A model generated the notes under the pieces. The model searched no databases. It was given only the letters and a program-made list of their open reading frames with translations, and was not told the origin of the DNA. The translations under genes were made by a program, and so were the position numbers. Of a stretch of 64,000 nucleotides of DNA, positions 58,493-64,000 are shown one piece after another (the stretch's first letter is position 1; each line of letters opens with the position of its first letter). Source of the stretch: an uncultured Anaerolineales bacterium. Its GTDB lineage: Bacteria; Chloroflexota; Anaerolineae; B4-G1. The DNA is taken from contig CAYMHT010000001.1 in NCBI GenBank assembly GCA_964390305.1, positions 41 through 64,040 of the forward strand. Reading direction: 5' to 3'.

Positions 58493-60433
58493 ATGCACGT
58501 AATTGGGACTGCCGGTCATGTAGACCACGGTAAGTCCGCCCTGGTTCTCGCTCTCACGGGCATTGACCCAGATCGCCTGCGCGAGGAGAAGGAGCGCGGT
58601 CTCACCATCGACCTTGGCTTCGCCTGGCTTAAGCTTCCCAACGGCGAGGCTGTCGGTATCGTCGACGTGCCAGGTCACCGTGACTTCGTTGAGAACATGC
58701 TCGCGGGCGTCGGCAGCATCGACGCGACCCTCTTCGTCGTCGCTGCCGATGAGAGCGTGATGCCGCAGACCCGCGAACACCTCGCCATCCTCGATCTACT
58801 GAACGTTGACAGGGGAGTGGTTGCGTTAACCAAGATCGATGTCGTGGAAAGCGAGGAGTGGCTTGACTTGGTGGTGGAGGATGTCATACAGACGCTGGAA
58901 GGCACGGTGCTGGAGGACGCCCCCCTCGTTCTCACGTCGGCCCGTACGAGACAGGGCCTCGATGAGTTGCTGGCTGCGCTACAAAGAGTGCTGACCACAA
59001 CCGAGCCGCAGCTTCCTCGTGGTCACCCCAGACTGTCCATCGACCGAGTGTTCACCGTCAGCGGCTTCGGCACCGTCGTCACCGGCACGCTCATTGACGG
59101 TCATCTACAGGTAGGGCAGGAGGTAGAGATACAGCCTCAAGGACTACGAGCTCGCGTGCGCGGTCTTCAGACCCACAAGGAGGAGGTGGAGCGAGCCGTG
59201 CCGGGCAGCCGGGTGGCCATTAACCTCAGCGGCATCGACAAGGATCAACTGCAGCGTGGGGACGTCATCACGTCTCCTGGCTGGCTCCATGCCACGACGC
59301 TGGTGGACGTGAGATTGCGTTACCTGCCGGACATCCTCTGGCCAGACCTGGGGCAATTTGCGCAGCGCTCGCTGCGTCACAATACTGAGCTCAAATTCTA
59401 TGTTGGGGCCGCCGAGGTCATGGCCCGTGTCCGGCTCCTGGGCAGAGAAGCTCTCTCGCCCGGCCAGACTGGCTGGGTTCAGTTGGAGCTCCAGGATCCG
59501 GTGGCTGTGGTCAAGGATGACCGCTACATTGTGCGCCTGCCCTCACCTCCCACAACCGTTGGCGGGGGCATCGTCGTAGATCCCCATCCTGGTCGCAAGC
59601 ACCGTCGGTTCCGCTCCCAGGTCGTTGACCGTCTGGAGACACTCGCGGAAGGAAGCCCATCGGCAATGCTACTCCAGACACTCAAACGGCAGGAGCCCGT
59701 CGCTGTCCGAGATCTGCTGCAGGACGTGAGACTCGGAGAAGATCCTGCCGAGGCCTTGACTCAGCTGCTGAACGAAGATGAAGCCGTTCTCCTGGCAAGA
59801 GGGAAAGATCGCGAACCCCCAAGTGAGGACCGCATGGCTTCCAGCACGCGGTTGGTGGTCAGCAAGGACTGGTGGTCCAACCTGATGGCACGCACCGTGA
59901 GCGAGCTATCAGCCTACCACGAATCGTTTCCTTTGCGAAGAGGCATGCCTCGAGAGGCCCTGCGCAGCAGCTTGCGCCTGACGCCTAAGGTCTTCGATGC
60001 GACCATGGCTCGGGCCGATGCGGAGGGCGTCGTTGCTGACGAAGGAGCCACCGTCCGCCTGACGTCTCATGCCGTCCGGTTCACGCCTGAGCAGAGGCGC
60101 CAGGTGGAAGATCTGCTGACCGCTTTCCGCCGCCACCCTTACGCGCCCCCCTCGGTCAAGGAGAGTATCGACCTTGTGGGGCAGGAGGTACTCAACGTCT
60201 TGCTGCAGCGCGGGGACTTAGTGCAGGTCTCCCCGGACGTGGTGTTCCTATCGGAGACCTACCAAGAGATGATCCGCCGGATACAAGAGCAGATTCAGCA
60301 CCGTGGTAGCCTCACCCTCGCCGAGGTTCGAGACCTGTTCGGCTCCAGCCGAAAATATGTTCAGGCTCTCTTGGAGCACCTGGACGAGGTGGGTATCACG
60401 AAACGGGTTGGTGACAAGCGCGTCCTGCGCTAG
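58493..60433 (+). CDS. selB: Selenocysteine-specific translation elongation factor SelB
   Basis: EF-Tu-like GTPase ([20 protein letters not shown]), beta-barrel domains and C-terminal winged-helix repeats. The 646-aa length is typical of bacterial SelB. Confidence 0.88.
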   Translation: MHVIGTAGHVDHGKSALVLALTGIDPDRLREEKERGLTIDLGFAWLKLPNGEAVGIVDVPGHRDFVENMLAGVGSIDATLFVVAADESVMPQTREHLAILDLLNVDRGVVALTKIDVVESEEWLDLVVEDVIQTLEGTVLEDAPLVLTSARTRQGLDELLAALQRVLTTTEPQLPRGHPRLSIDRVFTVSGFGTVVTGTLIDGHLQVGQEVEIQPQGLRARVRGLQTHKEEVERAVPGSRVAINLSGIDKDQLQRGDVITSPGWLHATTLVDVRLRYLPDILWPDLGQFAQRSLRHNTELKFYVGAAEVMARVRLLGREALSPGQTGWVQLELQDPVAVVKDDRYIVRLPSPPTTVGGGIVVDPHPGRKHRRFRSQVVDRLETLAEGSPSAMLLQTLKRQEPVAVRDLLQDVRLGEDPAEALTQLLNEDEAVLLARGKDREPPSEDRMASSTRLVVSKDWWSNLMARTVSELSAYHESFPLRRGMPREALRSSLRLTPKVFDATMARADAEGVVADEGATVRLTSHAVRFTPEQRRQVEDLLTAFRRHPYAPPSVKESIDLVGQEVLNVLLQRGDLVQVSPDVVFLSETYQEMIRRIQEQIQHRGSLTLAEVRDLFGSSRKYVQALLEHLDEVGITKRVGDKRVLR

Positions 60434-60486
60434 AGCGCGCCCGAGCTAGCAGCGGAAGTCGTCTCTTCCGTTCCCGGCGTCTCGTT

Positions 60487-61833
60487 TCACGTCCCCTGTT
60501 TCATCTCCTTCAGCCGCTCAACAATCTCCTGCTCGTACCCATGCCCCTTCGGCCTGAACCACCCACCATCCATCCCTTCCGGTAGGTACCGCTGCTCCAC
60601 CCACCCTCCTGGATAGGCGTGCGGATACTTGTACCCCTCGTGCTCCCCTATCGTCCGCTCGTAGTGCTCGCGGAGCGCGCCGCGGAATACGTCGCCCTTG
60701 TCGCGCAGGTACAGGGGGATTGGGCCGGCACCGTGCTCCCTCACCTCCTCCAGTGCCTTCCAGTAGGCGCCGACGGAGTTCGACTTAGGCGCTGTCGCCA
60801 GATACAGCGTCGCCATCGCCATGTGGTACTGCCCCTCTGGCATCCCCACCCATTCGAAAGCCTGGGCGCAGGCGTTCACCACCTGCACCCCATCCGGATC
60901 GGCGAGGCCGATATCCTCCGCTGCCAGGATGTAGAGGCGGCGCAGGATAAACCGCGGATCCTCGCCCGCGGCGACCATCTTGGCCAGCCAGTACAGTGCC
61001 GCATCAGGGTCGCTGCCCCGCACAGACTTGATGAAGGCTGAGGCGGTGTCGTAATGCTGATCGCCAGTCTTGTCGTAGCGGAGCGCGCGCTGCTGAATCG
61101 AATCCTCAGCCACGCCTAAGGTCACGTGGATGACCCCATCTTCATTGGGTGGCGTGCTCTCGACCGCCAGCTCAAGGGCGTTCAGGGCGTCCCGAGCGTC
61201 GCCCCCTGCCACGCGCACCAGATGGGCCAGCGCCCTGTCGCTGATCCGGACGTGGCGGTCACCGTAGCCGTGTTCTGCATCCTGAACAGCGCGCTTCAGA
61301 ATAGCCTTCACCTCGTCGTCCGCCAGCGCCTCGAACTGGAAGATCCGAGAGCGAGAGACGAGGGGCCCGATGACCTCGAAATACGGATTCTCTGTCGTGG
61401 CGCCGATGAGCACGATGGTACCATCTTCGACGTGGGGCAGCAGCGCATCCTGCTGTGCCTTGTTCCAGCGGTGGATCTCGTCCACAAACAGGATCGTACG
61501 TTGGCCGTACATCCCCAGCCGATCCCTGGCTTCCTTGATGATACGCCGCAGATCGGCGACCCCGGCCAGCACAGCGCTGATGGTCTCGAAGTGTCTCTCG
61601 GTCGAGTTAGCGATGATCATCGCCAACGTCGTCTTGCCAGTGCCCGGTGGCCCCCAGAAGATCAGTGAAGAGAAGAGGCGATCGGCCTCAATCGCGCGGC
61701 GCAGCAATCGTCCCTCGCCGACGATGTGCTCCTGGCCGACAAACTCCCCCAGGCTACGTGGGCGCATGCGTGCTGCCAAAGGTGCCTGCCGGCGAATCCA
61801 CTCCTTGCGGCGGTGTTCAAACAAGTCGTCCAT
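60487..61833 (-). CDS. rarA: Replication-associated recombination protein A (RarA/MgsA AAA+ ATPase)
   Basis: Motifs FWGPPGTGKTTLA and ILFVDEIHRWNKAQQD plus the MgsA C-terminal domain. ATG at 61833 (MDDLFEHRR, GGGAGTGAG RBS) is preferred over the ORF-track start at 61884. Confidence 0.9.
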   Translation of the reverse strand: MDDLFEHRRKEWIRRQAPLAARMRPRSLGEFVGQEHIVGEGRLLRRAIEADRLFSSLIFWGPPGTGKTTLAMIIANSTERHFETISAVLAGVADLRRIIKEARDRLGMYGQRTILFVDEIHRWNKAQQDALLPHVEDGTIVLIGATTENPYFEVIGPLVSRSRIFQFEALADDEVKAILKRAVQDAEHGYGDRHVRISDRALAHLVRVAGGDARDALNALELAVESTPPNEDGVIHVTLGVAEDSIQQRALRYDKTGDQHYDTASAFIKSVRGSDPDAALYWLAKMVAAGEDPRFILRRLYILAAEDIGLADPDGVQVVNACAQAFEWVGMPEGQYHMAMATLYLATAPKSNSVGAYWKALEEVREHGAGPIPLYLRDKGDVFRGALREHYERTIGEHEGYKYPHAYPGGWVEQRYLPEGMDGGWFRPKGHGYEQEIVERLKEMKQGT

Positions 61834-61903
61834 ACTGAACTCACTCCCAATATTCCTGCGGGAGAGACCTCCTCTCCCCATCATCCGGGCACAGACCTAT
61901 CTT

Positions 61904-61932
61904 ATTCTAGACCAAGCGTTGGCTTGCGGCAA
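61904..61932 (-). promoter_or_regulatory. rarA promoter: TTGCCG, 17 nt, TAGAAT on the minus strand
   Basis: Reverse complement of 61927-32 is TTGCCG and of 61904-09 is TAGAAT. Confidence 0.35.
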
Positions 61933-62113
61933 GACACTGGTGCAAGAAGGCGCCTCACCACTCGCTCAATCATAAGGGATGCAAAGGCGCAACAGAAACG
62001 AAGGGTCAAGGTGGTAGACTCTGCTTCGTGGTGTTATAATCTACCACAACGGTCTGTTGGCAGTCCGTCTATCGATCAGTCTGTCAGTCTCTGATTTCGT
62101 CACGGAGGTGCTG

Positions 62114-62914
62114 ATGTCTAAACTACCGATTCGACAACCGGCTGTGGCTGGGCAATTCTACCCGGCAGATCCCGATCGATTGCAGCGGCAGGTCCAGCGT
62201 TACATCGACCAGGCATCGCTTCCCGAAGACCTTGGCATCGTGAGAGCAGTCGTGGCTCCGCACGCTGGCTACGTTTACTCGGGGGCGACGGCTGGACACG
62301 CCTTCAAGGCCCTGGAGCAGCTCCCCCCCAAAGACTGGACCGTGTTCCTGCTTGGACCGGCCCATCGCGTGCCCGTAAACGGCGTCGCGCTGGGCAACTA
62401 CTCGGCCTTCCGCACCCCTCTCGGGGACGTGCCCGTCGCTGTCGATCGCGTTGCCGACATGTTAGAGCGCTCATCGCATTACACCCGGGCAGCCGGCGCT
62501 CACGCTCCTGAGCATTGCCTTGAGGTGGAGATCCCGTTCCTTCAAGTAGCCCTGTCCGACTTCCGGTTGGTACCCATGCTATTCGGTCAGGTGAATCCGG
62601 ACGACGTGGCCGAGGACCTGGTCGATCAAATCACCGAGAACGACCTCCTGGTCGTCTCCACCGATTTGAGCCACTTCTACCCGTATGACGCAGCTCAGAA
62701 GCTGGACCAGGGGTTCTTGGACGCTCTGCTAGAGGGGGACAAGGACGGAGTCATGGAGGGCGAGGCCTGCGGACGAGCGCCAGCAACGACGCTGATGGAG
62801 GTAGCCAGGCATCAGACCTGGAACCCGCATCTGCTGGACTATCGCAACTCCGGCGACACCGCGGGGGACAAGTCGCGCGTTGTAGGCTATGCCTCGGTCG
62901 CCTATACCAGCTGA
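62114..62914 (+). CDS. AmmeMemoRadiSam system protein B (Memo1-like)
   Basis: Memo family N-terminus (RQPAVAGQFYPADPDRLQRQV...AVVAPHAGYVYSG). GGAGGT RBS before the ATG at 62114. Confidence 0.85.
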   Translation: MSKLPIRQPAVAGQFYPADPDRLQRQVQRYIDQASLPEDLGIVRAVVAPHAGYVYSGATAGHAFKALEQLPPKDWTVFLLGPAHRVPVNGVALGNYSAFRTPLGDVPVAVDRVADMLERSSHYTRAAGAHAPEHCLEVEIPFLQVALSDFRLVPMLFGQVNPDDVAEDLVDQITENDLLVVSTDLSHFYPYDAAQKLDQGFLDALLEGDKDGVMEGEACGRAPATTLMEVARHQTWNPHLLDYRNSGDTAGDKSRVVGYASVAYTS

Positions 62915-62952
62915 AGTCGACCCGGTCGCCCGGTCAAGGAGAGAATCCCACC

Positions 62953-63519
62953 ATGCCGTTGTCGCCAGAAGAACGACGATACCTGCTCAATCTGGCACGG
63001 GCATCGATAACCCGTGCGGCTCACAACCAGGAATTGCCGCCCATCGACGTGGATACTGTGCCGGAAAACCTCAAGCGGGATGGGGCGAGCTTCGTCACCT
63101 TGAATAAGGATGGCCGTCTGCGCGGGTGCATCGGGTCGCTTGAAGCCCGGCGCCCTCTGGTGCTCGACGTGCAGCAGAATGCCATAGGGGCAGCGCTTCG
63201 CGATCCCCGGTTTCCACCGGTGCGCCCGGGGGAGGTTGAACATCTAGATATCGAGATCTCGGTGCTCAGCCTCCCGGAGCCCCTGGAGTACGATGACGCT
63301 GAAGACCTCCTCGAAAAGCTACGTCCAGGGGTGGATGGGGTGGTCATTGAGAGAGGATGGCACCGGGCTACCTTTCTTCCCCAGGTGTGGGAGAAGATCC
63401 CGGATGAGCGGCAGTTTCTCGAGCGTCTCTGCCTTAAGGCGGGCCTCTCTCCAAATGCCTACCGGACTGGCAAGCTCAACGTCTCAACCTATCAGGTAGA
63501 GGAGTTCAAGGAAGCATGA
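62953..63519 (+). CDS. AmmeMemoRadiSam system protein A (AMMECR1 domain)
   Basis: AMMECR1 motifs (GASFVTLNKDGRLRGCIGSLEARRPL ... DPRFPPV). Confidence 0.88.
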   Translation: MPLSPEERRYLLNLARASITRAAHNQELPPIDVDTVPENLKRDGASFVTLNKDGRLRGCIGSLEARRPLVLDVQQNAIGAALRDPRFPPVRPGEVEHLDIEISVLSLPEPLEYDDAEDLLEKLRPGVDGVVIERGWHRATFLPQVWEKIPDERQFLERLCLKAGLSPNAYRTGKLNVSTYQVEEFKEA

Positions 63520-63542
63520 ACCCACGTTCAGTCGGCAACCAG

Positions 63543-63578
63543 GCGGGGGCTGAGGACGAATCCTCAGCCCCCGCTTTA
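63543..63578 (+). terminator. Strong intrinsic terminator after the Memo/AMMECR1 operon
   Basis: Perfect 14-bp stem GCGGGGGCTGAGGA / TCCTCAGCCCCCGC with a CGAA loop, followed by TTTAGG. Confidence 0.7.
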
Positions 63579-63614
63579 GGTTCAGGTGGGCCGGTCGGAG
63601 GTCCTTCGACCGTC

Positions 63615-64000
63615 TTATGGCTCAACGGTGATCTCAATTCTTCGCTCGCCCTGTGGCAAGATCTCGAAGAACGTACTTCCAACCTTGAACGGAAGCAAGT
63701 TCCCTCCCTCGTCCGCCAGGGTCACCATATGCTCCCGCTCTTCGCGGTTCCAAATGCCGTCGAAGCGCTGTCCATCCCGGAAGAGGACAGCCGGGCGGTA
63801 CGGATTATCTTCATTCCACAAGGCCCAACGGATGGAGCGCGCGCCACTGTGGGGCTCCTCTATGATCTCAGTATCCCATTGGGGAACGTAGAGCACGACG
63901 ACGTTGGCCGCGCTGAGCTGCTCTCCGGTGAGCGCATCAGTATGCGCCGTGCCATCGGTCCAGCGCAAATACCGCTCGCTGTCTTCATCATAGCGCCACT
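63615..64000 (-). CDS. Hypothetical protein; the 5' end lies beyond the window end
   Basis: The minus-strand reading frame is open to the window edge (...WRYDEDSERYLRWTDGTAHTD...). No family recognised. Confidence 0.3.
   Translation of the reverse strand, partial: WRYDEDSERYLRWTDGTAHTDALTGEQLSAANVVVLYVPQWDTEIIEEPHSGARSIRWALWNEDNPYRPAVLFRDGQRFDGIWNREEREHMVTLADEGGNLLPFKVGSTFFEILPQGERRIEITVEP

Noticed and set aside
57648-58493. 281-aa minus-strand ORF antisense to the coiled-coil gene
   Set aside because: Reverse complements of E/K/R/Q-rich coiled-coil codons give L-rich open frames. The sense gene has a GAGGAG RBS and is coupled to selB.

Overview
This 64-kb window is high-GC, gene-dense chromosomal DNA from a bacterium that I infer to be Chloroflexota-like; no taxon can be proven from sequence alone. 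Three features support that guess: many paralogous GT-C (GT39/ArnT-like) membrane glycosyltransferases, near-consensus sigma70 promoters of the form TTGACA-17-TATAAT, and strong GGAGG ribosome-binding sites.

Housekeeping genes recognised by strong motif matches:
- clpC, xpt, guaA, murA, murJ, a LytR-CpsA-Psr (LCP) family protein, xseA and xseB
- a tRNA-Lys(UUU)
- a threonine aldolase
- a multi-domain CCA-adding enzyme
- rpsU with the YqeY-like gene, then the HD-family, ybeY and dgkA cluster
- greA, a family-4 uracil-DNA glycosylase, priA, selB and rarA
- the AmmeMemoRadiSam proteins B (Memo-like) and A (AMMECR1)

The most unusual content is a family of eight large GT-C membrane glycosyltransferase paralogs in two loci. 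Six form a translationally coupled tandem array at 1..11418 and two lie at 43037..48310. Seven of the eight end in one to three copies of an uncharacterised repeat module of about 110-130 aa (recurring motif L-x-L-Y-W...Y-x-V/I-F-V-H-L...G-x-Y-D-P-x-T-x-E/R-R-L-P). Both loci sit next to glycan-assembly genes: a flippase-like membrane protein, GT4 transferases, an O-antigen-ligase-like protein and a Wzm-type permease. The first locus is also followed by a secreted DUF11-FN3-lectin-like protein with a strong promoter.

I found no CRISPR array, transposase, integrase or rRNA. Regulatory features include about a dozen near-consensus promoters, several intrinsic terminators, a palindromic operator inside the clpC promoter, a leader of roughly 240 nt on the CCA gene and a short upstream ORF before an S2P protease. 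All calls rest on visual motif recognition; no search or computation was run.
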